A stretch of DNA of 64,000 nt from Paraspadella gotoi (lineage: Eukaryota > Animalia > Chaetognatha), in assembly GCA_051294375.1 (NCBI GenBank), contig CM119267.1, positions 4,912,558 to 4,976,557 on the forward strand, in the 5' to 3' direction. Shown here piece by piece: positions 13,244-26,991 of the stretch. The position numbers and the translations under genes are program-made. Each line of letters opens with the position of its first letter. Positions within the stretch are counted from its first letter, which is position 1. The notes beneath the pieces are model-generated. The model searched no databases, had not been told where the DNA came from, and was given only the letters and a program-made list of their open reading frames with translations.

Positions 13244-16152
13244 AAAAAATAGAAAAAAAAATACAAAGCCTTCCACTCCTTGGATGGCATTCTTTTTTTC
13301 TCGGCATCAGCTGCTGATCTTTATTTTTTAAATCGTTTAGTTTTACCACCGGCGTTGTTGTCTTGGTCGTCATGGATACAGTCGTCGTTGTTGTCGATCT
13401 CGTCGTCACGGCAACAGTCGTTATGGTTTTCCTTGTTAATCAGACGCTGAATGAGATTCGCAGTCTTTCTCGCTGGCGGTTTTCCTGTCAGTGACAAACT
13501 TGTCAGATGTTTAGACAAAGCTATCGTAGTCGTCGTCGTCGTCGTCGTTTGGGGAAATTATTAAATATTAAAACACGTCCAAACAACAACAAAAACAACA
13601 ACAATCCTGACCCGGTGGNNNNNNNNNNNNNNNNNNNNNNNNNNNNNNNNNNNNNNNNNNNNNNNNNNNNNNNNNNNNNNNNNNNNNNNNNNNNNNNNNN
13701 NNNNNNNNNNNNNNNNNNNNNNNNNNNNNNNNNNNNNNNNNNNNNNNNNNNNNNNNNNNNNNNNNNNNNNNNNNNNNNNNNNNNNNNNNNNNNNNNNNNN
13801 NNNNNNNNNNNNNNNNNNNNNNNNNNNNNNNNNNNNNNNNNNNNNNNNNNNNNNNNNNNNNNNNNNNNNNNNNNNNNNNNNNNNNNNNNNNNNNNNNNNN
13901 NNNNNNNNNNNNNNNNNNNNNNNNNNNNNNNNNNNNNNNNNNNNNNNNNNNNNNNNNNNNNNNNNNNNNNNNNNNNNNNNNNNNNNNNNNNNNNNNNNNN
14001 NNNNNNNNNNNNNNNNNNNNNNNNNNNNNNNNNNNNNGGATTTGGACCGGGAGGGAAAGAGAGAGAGGGGAGAGAGAGACGAGGAGAGAGAGAGAGAGAG
14101 GAAGAGGAGAGATTATTACTGACCAAAAAGATTAATAACCTTCATTTCCAAGAACCTATTCGCTTAACAGTATTCGTTTCGCCTACTCGTTACTCGATCT
14201 CCTTTTCGCTCATCCACGCCCCGCGAAACTCGACCGAGTGAAGCGAAGAGAGAGACTCACGAGTTACGATTTCCGATTCTTTTGAGGCCGAAATTCGATG
14301 CGGGAGGAGAAAAGAAGAATCAAAAGAAGAAAACAAAAGGGAATCGGATTCCGTCGCCGGAACTGTGTTTCCTTATATTTTGTTGGTTTGTTTGTTCGTT
14401 TTAATCGATCAATGGCGATCTGGTTGAAAGGTCAACGAAAAATAGAGGTGAGTGAGTGAAATTTAAACATCTATGTTCATCTTCTTAGTCATAACAATGT
14501 CACGAAGCAAAGTTTGTCACCGTCACCACGAATCTCTTTGCCGCCGTCTTTTTTCTCCAGCCGTCCATCCGTCTTTTCGGGGCCTGACGGTCAAAGATCA
14601 CCGCCAATTCTCGCTGCAGTCTATCATTGTTATCTATCGCTGAGCTATCGATCACAATCTTCAATTTCTGAAGAGCTTTTTCGCCATCACAGCCAACGGT
14701 GACACACAAGTGCTTCCTTTTTCTCACCTCCATTTCTCTCACCGTCATGTCACACCGGCTTCACCGTCACAAATGCGATATCTGCGATCGATGAAAGATT
14801 AACGTCGTTACTCGATTAATAGTCGTCCCTCGGGAAATGACCGCCACGGCGCCCGGCCGCCCGTCCGCCACACGCCCGCCCGCCCGTCCGCCCCTTTGGA
14901 CGCGACCGAATCTCTCGTTCATCATTCGTTTTCCTCGTCATCGGGATCCGTTTATCGATGGATCATTGACCCGTTGACCCCCGCCGGTCTCATCATCGAT
15001 CCTTTGACCTTTTTCGTCGATCCACTTCCGCGACCCCGATCATCGAAACGAGGTCGAATCTTTTGGCTTTCGTTTTTCACCCCCAAAAGGTTTATTCTTC
15101 TTTAGTCGAAGTAAATCCCTATTTACTCGAGCTTGAGAGTTGACGATTTCCAGCTTGGGATGTTTGTGCCTTTTTTGCTAAACTTTTGGAAATACCTCGC
15201 TGCATAATACATTATAATACATTATACTATAATGGACTCAAAATTATTTCTTTAAACCATATAATATAACCATATGCTGCATATTACATAATACCGTATA
15301 CTAAAACGGTGCTACCAAATACTACCGAACCCTCGTTGTTTCATTTAACCCTTCTTTCTCTACTCTTGTCTATTCTGCCCTTCTCTATAATGTTCTATCT
15401 TAACTCTTTCATCTCTTTTTTCTCATTAATCCTAACGGGGACTCTTAATCCCTTGTACCTTAATCCCGTGTACTTATTTCTCCACTGATTTCAACGTATT
15501 CAACTTTTCTGTTTAGTCTTTCTATCTCAACTCCAGTTCCTCTCAACTACATTCCATAATCTCGATCCTTCTTACTCTTTCCATCTGTGAACATCCAAAC
15601 CATTTCTACACAACACAGTTTCCTTCTCACCCTTCCACTTTCAACTATTGCTCTGTCTATCTCGAACTATCTCTGACTATCTCCACTCTCTCTACGCACG
15701 ATTCTTCTCTCAATGGAAGAACATTGAGTCTCTCCGCCTCGAGCATTTTCAAGGACATTACCGGCTTTAAAAAAAAAAGAGAGAAAAAAGAGAGAAAAAA
15801 AAGATAAAAGTTAAGACAAAAAGGAAAGGAATTCTTGAGTCAGATTTCTGCTTTGCTTTCCTCAACCGCCAGGATTACAAGTTCGATCCAGTCTTATTGG
15901 CGACGCCGTGGCAGATAGTAAATTCATTCGATGATATTTTTCAGCAAAACACGTTAAAAACAACGAAACAGGAGACGAAAAAACTACAAAAAAGAAAGAA
16001 AACAAACCAAAACTGTCGTTTTAATCTGTTTTCATGGAACAAACAACGAAATTCGGTTTAAATTCGACCGAGAAACAAACTGACTGATAATCTAACGGAC
16101 AACCACGAGAAAGAGAAAATTAGTTCCAAAGAAAGATCATCTTGAAGAAAGT

Positions 16153-16301
16153 CGGCCCTATTTTCGGTAAGCGCTCAATTTTAACTTAAATTCAGAATTA
16201 AGTTTGGTTTAAGGTTTATTATTTAGGGATAGATCGTTAGGTATTTGATTAAATTTTTTGTTAAGGTTGGAAAATAAGGGAGCTCTCGTAAAAAAAGTGC
16301 C
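16153..16301. mobile_element. Short MITE of the same family
   Basis: Termini CGGCCCTATTTTCGGTAAGCGCTC and GGGAGCTCTCGTAAAAAAAGTGCC around a TTAGG-rich interior. Confidence 0.55.
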
Positions 16302-16399
16302 AGAAAGTCAATGTGATGAAAGTCAGTCGCCGAAATAGGGATATACTGACACCGGACAAATGCAGACAAAACCCTCAGACGGACTGAGTCGGTCAGACG

Positions 16400-17308
16400 N
16401 NNNNNNNNNNNNNNNNNNNNNNNNNNNNNNNNNNNNNNNNNNNNNNNNNNNNNNNNNNNNNNNNNNNNNNNNNNNNNNNNNNNNNNNNNNNNNNNNNNNN
16501 NNNNNNNNNNNNNNNNNNNNNNNNNNNNNNNNNNNNNNNNNNNNNNNNNNNNNNNNNNNNNNNNNNNNNNNNNNNNNNNNNNNNNNNNNNNNNNNNNNNN
16601 NNNNNNNNNNNNNNNNNNNNNNNNNNNNNNNNNNNNNNNNNNNNNNNNNNNNNNNNNNNNNNNNNNNNNNNNNNNNNNNNNNNNNNNNNNNNNNNNNNNN
16701 NNNNNNNNNNNNNNNNNNNNNNNNNNNNNNNNNNNNNNNNNNNNNNNNNNNNNNNNNNNNNNNNNNNNNNNNNNNNNNNNNNNNNNNNNNNNNNNNNNNN
16801 NNNNNNNNNNNNNNNNNNNNNNNNNNNNNNNNNNNNNNNNNNNNNNNNNNNNNNNNNNNNNNNNNNNNNNNNNNNNNNNNNNNNNNNNNNNNNNNNNNNN
16901 NNNNNNNNNNNNNNNNNNNNNNNNNNNNNNNNNNNNNNNNNNNNNNNNNNNNNNNNNNNNNNNNNNNNNNNNNNNNNNNNNNNNNNNNNNNNNNNNNNNN
17001 NNNNNNNNNNNNNNNNNNNNNNNNNNNNNNNNNNNNNNNNNNNNNNNNNNNNNNNNNNNNNNNNNNNNNNNNNNNNNNNNNNNNNNNNNNNNNNNNNNNN
17101 NNNNNNNNNNNNNNNNNNNNNNNNNNNNNNNNNNNNNNNNNNNNNNNNNNNNNNNNNNNNNNNNNNNNNNNNNNNNNNNNNNNNNNNNNNNNNNNNNNNN
17201 NNNNNNNNNNNNNNNNNNNNNNNNNNNNNNNNNNNNNNNNNNNNNNNNNNNNNNNNNNNNNNNNNNNNNNNNNNNNNNNNNNNNNNNNNNNNNNNNNNNN
17301 NNNNNNNN
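16400..17308. other. Largest assembly gap (N run), one of many in the window
   Basis: Run of N. Confidence 0.99.
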
Positions 17309-18581
17309 TACAATTATTTTGACGCTATATTTCGCTCTTATATACTGGAATACTGGAAAACGAAAGCACGGCAAATACACTACGGGGAAGGTGACAATAA
17401 TTTCATTTTAATCATTTCGCAAAATGCAAATAAGATTTACGTATCTTCGCACACGTAAAACGGGGAAAAATGAGTTTCTCTCGAACCCGCGATTTGGGTC
17501 CATAATCGTTTTCGCGCCCAAAAACGAGGACGCATAAATAAACTGAGGAGAAAAAAAGAAAAATGCGGCATAAATATTTCGTTAAACGGAGAGAAAAATC
17601 TCGTTCTCTCTTTTGGAGAGAGGGAAAACGCATAAAAAAGCGAAAAAAAGCATAAAAGAGCGAAAAAGCAGCATAAAAATCATAAAGAAGCGAAGAAGGC
17701 ATAAAGAATTTATAGGGTGAATTAAATNNNNNNNNNNNNNNNNNNNNNNNNNNNNNNNNNNNNNNNNNNNNNNNNNNNNNNNNNNNNNNNNNNNNNNNNN
17801 NNNNNNNNNNNNNNNNNNNNNNNNNNNNNNNNNNNNNNNNNNNNNNNNNNNNNNNNNNNNNNNNNNNNNNNNNNNNNNNNNNNNNNNNNNNNNNNNNNNN
17901 NNTCCTCGCTTTTCTCTTTCTCTCTCTCTCTAACGCGATAATTTTCGAGCTCATAAGGTGCCTGTAAATTAAGACGGTTCCACCCGAAATATTTCCGGTC
18001 GGCCTTCGCAGTGCTTAATGAAAGCTCGGCGTTGAGAATTCCGCGCCGCGCCGCGAGCTGACAATGCAGCGCCGAGACCGCGACGCCCATATCGTTCCAC
18101 GCCCGCTGTCAAAAGTCGAGTTAATGAAATGGGTGTTTTAAATTCCTCTCCGCCTCTTTTGTTGTGTCGAGAACAAATAAAAAAAAAAGAACAAATAAAA
18201 AAAAAACTCTCGGAAAATGAGACTCGCTTAACAAATTGGATTCCAGTTTCGTGGATGGAGACTGAGAACGAGTGTGCTCTCTCTCGCTCCTACTCTCTTC
18301 GTCTCATCTCTATTCTCTTCCTCTTTCTTCTCTCTTCTCTCTTCTCTCTCTCTCTCTCTCTCTTATCCGTTTTATTTTTCCGTTGAAAGGCGTTAATTTG
18401 ATGAATAAATAGCGAGAGAAAATATCTCGAAAAATTCGCAGAAACTCAACTTTTTAATTTTCCCCCTTTTCCATAAAATTCACCGCGGTTGGGGGAAAAA
18501 AACTTGAAAGAAACATCCGCCCTTTGGTTCAACCGATATATGCGGGAAAAAAACAAGCGGAGAAAAGAGAGAGAGAGAGAG

Positions 18582-18629
<48 letters not shown>

Positions 18630-18731
18630 TGAGAGAGAGAGAGAGAGGCAATCTGACAGTTCGCATGAAACTCAGAGACCGCCATCTAACTCGACAACTC
18701 ATAAGACTAAGAAAAAAAAATTTCTCTCTCT

Positions 18732-18844
<113 letters not shown>

Positions 18845-19339
18845 CTCTCTTTTCCCGCCTTTCCAACGACGCCTCGTTTATTTTTCCCTTCATTTTGACA
18901 ACAAACATAAAATCTCTCGGCGATTTCGTCGCAAATTCACGGCAACCTCGAATTTGGGCTCGAGAGGAGGGGATTCGGGGGGTGCGGCGAGGGGGTGGGC
19001 AGGGGGAGGTGAGAATCAAAATGTGGGGTTCAGAAGAGGAAGTAGGGAGAGAAGAAGTAAAAGAGGAATTCCGTTGTTTCCAAACGTCATCAATCGAAAT
19101 TAGTCAAGGGCGAGATAAGATGCGACAATTTATTAATTTTTTTTATTTTTATAATGTAGCGTCAAAAGATGTAGCGTATTGTTAATCGTAATTAGAAAAC
19201 TAATTAGTAATTACTTTTCATTTTTCGAAAGTTTTGGACCAGAAAAATGAGAATCTTGAAATTTTAAGTTTGTCATTGAAATATATCATAACACGAATAC
19301 GGATTCACTTGGGAAATCGTGCCCAACGCAATGGCGAAA

Positions 19340-19695
19340 ATCGCCGACGCAAAATTTGAATCAAGTCCGACGCAAATGTGAAATCAGTCCGACGTAGTTG
19401 GAATCAGAAGACGAAATTCGGAATCGGGCAGTCGCAAAGGCAGAACCAGGCCGACACTAGAACTGGGAATCAGGACAGTGGCAAAGGAGGAATCCGCCGT
19501 CCAGACTAGAACTCAGAATCAGACCAACGCAAATGTAGAATCAGGCCAACACTAGAAATCCGAATCATGCCGACATTAGAACTCGGATTCAGGCCTGCAC
19601 TAGAACGCGGAATCAGGCCGCCGAAAAACCCGGAATCAGCCGACGGAAACCCGGAATCAGGCGGTCGCAAACGCGGAATCAGGCCGACGCGGCGA
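19340..19695 (+). repeat. Degenerate 21/24-bp minisatellite (GGAATCAGGCCGAC-ACTAGAACTC / -GCAAATGT)
   Basis: About 15 recurrences of the GAATCAG(G)CC(G/A)AC core. Confidence 0.8.
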
Positions 19696-19840
19696 CGCGG
19701 AAAAAAAAGTATGGGTGAACTGAGCCGGAGGGCGATAACTCGCGAGAAGCGGAGAACCGGAGAGAGAAAGGGGCGGAGAGGCGCGAGAGGCGGGCGGAGA
19801 GAGGCGGGCTGAGAGGCGGGCATTGGAGGCGGATTTCGAA

Positions 19841-19932
<92 letters not shown>

Positions 19933-20763
19933 CGATTGAGTTGGAGGTGGATGGCAAAAAAAGAGTTTGTTGTGATTGGCCGGATCTGACGTCGTTGGAT
20001 CGACGGTGGAAGGAAGAGATTTTATTGGGAGCGCCGAGGGCGTGGATGAGAAACCTAATGGGCAGAGCGGGGAGAGGCGTTAAGTGAATGGGAGGAGAAA
20101 GAGGGCGGGGGATTGGGGGGAATGAGGTGGGTCTGGGTGAAAGACTAGAAGGTGAGAGTTGAGAGGAAATTAGTCGCGGTTAAGACGAGGAGGTTGACAT
20201 CGAGAAAATAAATTGAAGGTGATTAGTAGAAGGATAAAAAATAGAAATATGTCTCTGGTTCGCGGGAGTGAGCGATTCGAAATCCTTTGGAATGAAAGGT
20301 AAAAAAGTATAAAAAGTTAGTCGGGTTGAAACGCAGTTTTGGCTCCGGCTGTAAATCGGGAAAAGGTCAGACTGTTAGGGTTGCGAATGGAACAGTCAGG
20401 CAATCTGGCCATCTGGCAATCGAGGGTTGGGCTTTGAAAAGCAAAAAAAAAAAAGGTTTCTGGCAGTCAGGCATTTCAGCATTCTGACAGGCCGTCAGGC
20501 GGTTTACAACCAGGCGGTTAATGGCATCTAGCGTCATACGCGCGAGTGGCAACGACTGATTGCTCGACTTCCGGTTTCCCCTTTGACGTTGATGGCGTCG
20601 GTGGCAAACGAAGTGAAAATCGCCTCATGGAACCCGGCGCCGATGTAGTTGCCGGTGCGGTTGCCGAACCTTACCGTTGCCGGTGCCGACCGCGGCGCNN
20701 NNNNNNNNAAGTTTAATCGTTTCGTTGCATTAGCAAATCACCTCCTTCATCGCTCATCCACCA

Positions 20764-21107
20764 TCAAAAGCGAATGGAATGCAGATGTCTTCTTCCTCTT
20801 CGATGCCACCTGCAATTCGAGGCTGACGCCGTTACACCTGCGACGTCGTCGTCGTCGTCGTCATCGTCGTCGTCGATCCTACCCCGTATTCCATCCGCCC
20901 TTTCCGGCTTTTGACAAATGGACGGAACCTCGACGGAACGGGCGTCGGCGGTGGCGGCGGCGTCGGCGGCTGCGGCGGCTGCACCGTGCGTCTTTTGTCC
21001 GACTCGGCTCAGCGACTCCAGCACCGCGGGATTGCCGTCCTGGGATTTTCGGGTCCGCAAACCTGGGGAGGTTCTCGGGTCCGCGATGGGAGATTCGGAG
21101 TCGACAT
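20764..21107 (-). CDS. Candidate low-complexity exon (poly-Ala, poly-Asp), unknown product
   Basis: A minus-strand CATCAG acceptor is followed by a stop-free GC-rich frame (VDSESPIADPRTSPG...AAAAAADAAA...DDDDDDDDDD...) ending at TGA 20764. No domain recognised. Confidence 0.3.
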
Positions 21108-21553
21108 CTGATGGTCAAATCGGCGATGGAACAAAGTTGGATTGGTTGGCGAAAGATTGTGAGAATTGGAGAAAGAGGAAGAACGGGGTGGAACTCGATC
21201 GTGAAAATGAAAATAAATAATGTTACAGAGACATGACTAAAAGAAAGAATGAAATTAAATGAAACGCTGACAATTTACTTCAAGTGTAATGAATTAGCGA
21301 CATAAATATGCGAACTAATGATTTAACAAAAATGATATCATTAACTTCCCTTCCCCCCCAAAAAAAAATGCCATTACGCGGCGTTACAGAAAAAAGACGT
21401 GAAATGGCGCGAAAATCGTCGCGACGAAAAATGACGTCAACGTCAACGACGTGGCGTAACGACGTGACGCAACGAGTCCCTCGCGTCCTCTTTGACGCGG
21501 AAGACGAAACTTGGCGTCGTCACGCGGAGGCGTTTAATGGCGCAACGTCGAAG

Positions 21554-21571
21554 GCGCCACTAGAGGGCGCT
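21554..21571 (+). promoter_or_regulatory. CTCF consensus binding motif within a CpG-rich island
   Basis: GCGCCACTAGAGGGCGCT matches the CTCF core CCAC(T/C)AG(A/G)(G/T)GGCGC. A palindromic CRE TGACGTCA lies at 21432-21439. Confidence 0.55.
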
Positions 21572-21861
21572 TAATGGCGTCGCGGTTTGCGAGATTGCGG
21601 GAACAGTGACGCACGAAGCAAGCGGCATAACTAGGCTGCCAAGCATTATCGAGTCATTGGTCATTATTTACCAAGCAGCATCGTCGGCAGGGTCACCAAG
21701 CATTGAGAGAGAAAATGACCTCTCTGACGAGGAAGAACACGACGCCGTTTTTGATTGGCCGATTTTAAACGCGAGTCAATTTTCTTTGTCCCTGCCAAGA
21801 TCCGTCTCATTATAGTTCAACAATTTCCTCCCTCCCAAAAACACTTCAAATTGTCGGGGCG

Positions 21862-21992
21862 CCATTTCCAAGTCTCCTTTTCGTCCCTTGTGGGACTACC
21901 CTTCCATTTCCAAGTCCCCTTTTCGTCCCTTTTGGGTCTACTCTTCCATTTCCAAGTGCCCTTTTCGTCCCTTTTGGGACTACCCTTCCATT
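21862..21992 (+). repeat. 42-bp minisatellite, 3 units
   Basis: CCATTTCCAAGTCCCCTTTTCGTCCCTTTTGGGACTACCCTT is repeated with few substitutions. Confidence 0.9.
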
Positions 21993-22143
21993 TTTCGCCG
22001 GGATTTTTCCTTCTTCCGCCAGTTTGACCTTTGACCCGATGACCTTTCGGTGGCGTCGGACTCTCGCGGGACCCGAATAAAATCGGCTCGAATCGCTCGC
22101 GAAAATCAGGCTTCTCTCGGTTCGCGACAAGGGCTTTTGTCTG

Positions 22144-22238
<95 letters not shown>

Positions 22239-22534
22239 CTATTAAATTTCTTTATTTTTATATTTGTTTTCTTCCTTCCTTCTTTTCTTCTCTCTTTTCC
22301 ATTCTCTACCTCTCTAACTCTCTCTCTCTCCCTCTCTCTCTCCCCTTTTCTCTCTCTTTCTCACTCAGTCTCCAGGGCAAGATTGTTTTGAAAGAGCTCC
22401 TCGGAAACTCGCGTCTGAATTACCGGAAATGGAGTCTTTGATGGCGGGAAAGAATTTGGCTGCATCCTTCGCTCTTCTCGATTCCATTCGATCTAAACAA
22501 CGAAAATGAAGATTCCACCTTTAAAAAAAAAACG

Positions 22535-22963
22535 CGGCAGTATTTTCGAAAAGCGCCCCATTTCTTTTCCTGATCCCTGAATTTAATTCAAACCTTAATA
22601 TCTTACCCGTATCTATTTCCAAATGTTATGTATAATCCTTAAACTTAATATTTAAGCTTAACGTAATTCTTACACCTTTTCCTTAATTCCGATCCCCAAT
22701 CCATAACCTTATATTCTAACACTATTTTTAATCCCTAACCTAATCCAGTAATCCATAACCCTAATCTTTAACCTAATCCCTAACCTAATCAAATAATCCA
22801 TCACCCTAATCTCTAACCTAATCCTTAACCTAATCAACTAATCCATCACCCTAATCTCTAACATAATCCCTATCCCTAACCCCTTAAGAGTAATTTTTAA
22901 ACTAAAAAATAAATTTAGTTTTGAATTTAAACGGAAATTGGGCGCTTTTGGAAAATAAGGCCG
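22535..22963. mobile_element. MITE with ~30-bp TIRs and CCCTAA-like interior (best copy of the family)
   Basis: Left end CGGCAGTATTTTCGAAAAGCGCCCCATTTC matches the reverse complement of the right end, CGGCCTTATTTTCCAAAAGCGCCCAATTTC. The interior is degenerate CCCTAACCTAAT repeats. Confidence 0.75.
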
Positions 22964-23102
22964 GAGCATCAGCAACAACATCTATTCTTCGAAAAAAAAA
23001 AGAAACCAAAACAACAACGAAGACAACGAAAAGAAAAACAAAACTAGGACAACGACAGCCTCACCGCCTCACACATTCACGAAATTCTCTCAAGCGGCGA
23101 AG

Positions 23103-23189
23103 ATGATCGTCACGTGACAAAAAATGATCGTCACGTGACGAAGATTATCGTCATCGTCACGTGACAAAAAATGATAGTCACGTGACTAT
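23103..23189. repeat. 21-bp-period repeat carrying four palindromic GTCACGTGAC motifs
   Basis: GTCACGTGAC starts at 23109, 23130, 23156 and 23177. Confidence 0.9.
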
Positions 23190-24786
23190 TTCCGTCTCTT
23201 TTTTTTCGATTTTAAACTCAAATCGCGCGGGAAAAGATAAGGAGGAAAGGAAAAAAGGAAAGAAGATGGCGGGAAAAAAGGAGGAATGTAAAAGAAAATA
23301 TTGAGGACGAATGGAATTGGGATTATAATCGAAAGTGAAAAAGAAAAAAAAATGCGGAAGTGAAAAAAAAACTTGAAAAATAATAGTAGTATATATTTAT
23401 TTATTATTTTTATTAATATTATTATTTTTAAATATTTTTTTTTCGTTGCGTTTTTAGTGAGATAATGATGATGAAGACTTGAAAAATTAAGTTTTTTTAT
23501 TTTTTTTAAATAAAAAAACCCGTTGTTTGTAGACAAATAAACTTATCTCACGAATTTAAAAAGTGAAACCGTACATTGCACGTTTCAGAACTTCAGATCT
23601 GACATACTAAAAACGGAAACTACTAACCAAAATTGTTCTGGGTATATAACTTGATATTTCAGAAACCATAACGGTTGAAATGATGTACTTCACACAAATA
23701 TTATCTTTCCGCTACCCGAGTCGGACTTTCCCGCTCGAGAAGGTAAAATAAGAGTTTGATGAGTGACAACTCACCGAGTGAGAAAGCCAACGTGAATCAG
23801 TGAACCCAACGATATATAGGGCGAGAATGTGAACGGGTGTGAACTGTGAAGGACGTCTTCACTCGCGAGGGAAGAAGGTTGATGGGTCGCGGAGAATTAA
23901 ATGGGTCAGTGAAGAGTTAAGAGGAGGAGGAGGAGGAGGAGGAGGAGGAAGGGAGAAAGCGTCCGAATGATGATGACGAGGACGAGCGGGATTTAAAAGA
24001 TGATTCGAATGCGTTCAGCGAAGCGGAGTGATCTCAAGCTAAAGAGAGAATGAAATGAAATAAAAGTTTTTAAACTACGCGGTCTGACTCTTTAGAAAGA
24101 GAAAGTGAATAAAGGAGTAAAGGAGAGGAAAAAGAAGGAAAGATGAAATAAAAGGAAAAACAGTTATTAAGAAGAGTTGGATATCGAATGAAGGTGGAAG
24201 TAAGAAAATTAGATGAGATAAGGGGAAAAGTAATAAATGATAAGAAGATGAAAACAACGATGTTACGTAAAAGCAGATATAGAAAGATAATAAACAATAA
24301 TCTTAGAAAGAAAGAAAGCGTGGGAGGAAACGTTGTACGAAGCCACGCCCGCTTTATCAAGCCAATCTCTGACAGACGGATAGAAAACTACCTTCTAACG
24401 GTATACTGTCGATCGAAGGCGACTTTCATTAAGCCTCAGATTTATTTAGCGTTTGTGAAGCATTTTAGACTATACTTTTCGCGCTCTATACATTTATGTC
24501 CGTTTTCAATTTCACCTAAGTTTTTCTACAATTACAAAGATTTGCGATTAATCCGAATTGTTGTCGTTTAGTTTCAGATGGCGAAGTACAAATTTGCAAT
24601 TCTTTTCGGAGATGTCCCACGACGTCGTCGTCGTCGTTGTCATCGTCATCGTCATTGCTGTCAAATTCATCTTCGTACATTCATGTTAAAACAAAAACAA
24701 AAAAACAAAAATTCTGTCGACCGGCTTTCCGCCTTTTCTTTTTACTATTTTTTTCAAAATATTTCTCTCTCTCTCTCTGCTCTCTC

Positions 24787-24870
<84 letters not shown>

Positions 24871-24967
24871 TTTTTTTCGTTCGTAGACAGAGTCTTCAGT
24901 TTCAATCATTTTTTTGTCAGGCGAAACGTCGACGGTTTTCCTTCTCCAATTTCTCCCCTTTCGACCT

Positions 24968-25053
<86 letters not shown>

Positions 25054-26960
25054 GACCTCACCTTTTTTCTTCTCATCGTAACTCACCCGCCTGACGGACG
25101 AACGCAAAAGCGTCAAGTTTTTTTGTCGCAAAACGAGAAACCAATGAGGAACAACAAACTGCGTCAGGGACCGGATTCAATGGAGAAAGCACATTAGCGA
25201 AACGTTACCCACAAATATCGTAAACAAAATTGCAGAACTGATAATATGTCATTAATATAAGCTATCTACTATAATATTTTTTTTTCAAACGAAAAAAAGT
25301 AAAAATTTAGCAAGCTCAGAACCTCATATCATCATTTGAGGTAATAACCTACATTGATTATCAAATTTCTAACAGACCAAAACAAACTTAGGCTTTACAA
25401 AATTGAGACATCTTTCTCCACAGTCCCTACATCCCAAACAAAACAAACCAAATATTTTGTAATACAGATATTTTTACCGAATAACATACCACGTGTATAA
25501 TATGACAACATGAGAACCTACATCCGGGGAGAGTAACACCGCCACCCCCACGGGCCCAACCCCCACCTCGCCACTACCCTATCAATTCCAAAACGATCTC
25601 CGCATAAATGCTACAGGATTCTCACTCTTCCCCTTGCCCATTACCCGCCCCCCGCCCCCCTCTCTCTCTCCTTCCCTCTCCTCTCGTCTCTCTTCTCTCG
25701 CTCACGTCTCTCTTCTCTCTCTCTCATTCTCGTTCTCGCACCACTAAACTGTCTCTGCTGCGGCGTCTCGTTTCAACGTCGCGCATTTTTTCCGTCATCT
25801 TATTTTGCTCTCCTGTCTCTCTCTCTCTCTCTCTCCTCTCTCCTCTCTCTCTCCTCTCCCCTCTCTCGCTCGATCTCCTCTCTCTCTCTCCCCGCGTTCT
25901 CTCCTGCTGTCTTCTTTACTTTTTTTCATTCTCTCCTCTTCCGCCATCAACTTCTCTTGATTTTTCTCATTTTCTGCGTCTTCTTGACTGACTGACGACG
26001 ACGACGACGACGACGATGACGACGACGAGGGCGGGAATGTTGCTTCTTCCCGATACATTTCTTTATGCTTCGCAGGAAACGAAATTTAATCAATTTTACG
26101 AAGAGCAAAAAATAGTTACGGACAGCGATAGGCAGTTATAACGAGAACGTTTCTATTTTTTTACTAAAAAAAACGTTAATTAAACTTAAACTTAAACTTA
26201 CCCAAAGAGAATAATATTGTAACTTTGCCTTGTTTTGATATTCCTCGGGACTGAGAATCGGTCAGATCCACTCAGATCGTATTTCCCTCATTTTTTTCTC
26301 GAGGCCGAAAGAAAAATAAAACCTTCAGACATAAACTCCCTTCGTTCTTTCCCTGCGGCGGATGCATTAATCAAACCTTACCTTTTCTCTTTTTCTTTAG
26401 ATATTGGGAGAGATGGTGAGGAAAGATGGGGGGGGGAAGATTTGGACCCGGGATGGGTTGGAGGCGAAATAGGGGCTAACCGGTGTCGAAGTTGGGGCAA
26501 GGTAGGGTCGGAGTGACTTTGGAAACAAAAGACGGGACTGGGTAAGTTTCAAAAGGCAAGTTGGGGGGGAAGGGTGGTTTTTTGGAATTGAGAAAATAAA
26601 AATCTCAGATTTCGAAAAGGAAGAAAATAATAAGAATAAATGACGCAAGACTTGGGACAAGGGAATTGCGATGAGGAGCGGTCTTGAATGCCACTTGAAG
26701 ATGGCACGAATGAACGGAGACCGGGTTTAAACTGGCAACCGGGACGACGAATGCCAGTCAATATTTTGCCAGCCATGCTGCATTTAAGGAAATTTTTTTG
26801 CGTCATCGGAGCAAATTAGCTGAGAGCACTGTTTTTGCCGAATGCTAACTCAAAACTAAAAGAAAAATTAGAGCAGAAAATGTTTAGAATAAATGAAAGA
26901 GTCAGCGATAATGAAGAGGGAAAAAAGTCGGGCAAAATGATCAGCGAATCAAGGAAACTA

Positions 26961-26991
<31 letters not shown>

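Noticed and set aside
22690-22890. Telomere or chromosome-fusion relic
   Set aside because: The repeats are degenerate and enclosed by MITE TIRs shared with three other loci.
23756-23790. Hammerhead-like TTGATGA-GTGA-caac-TCAC
   Set aside because: The first core base is not C and GAAA does not follow stem II.
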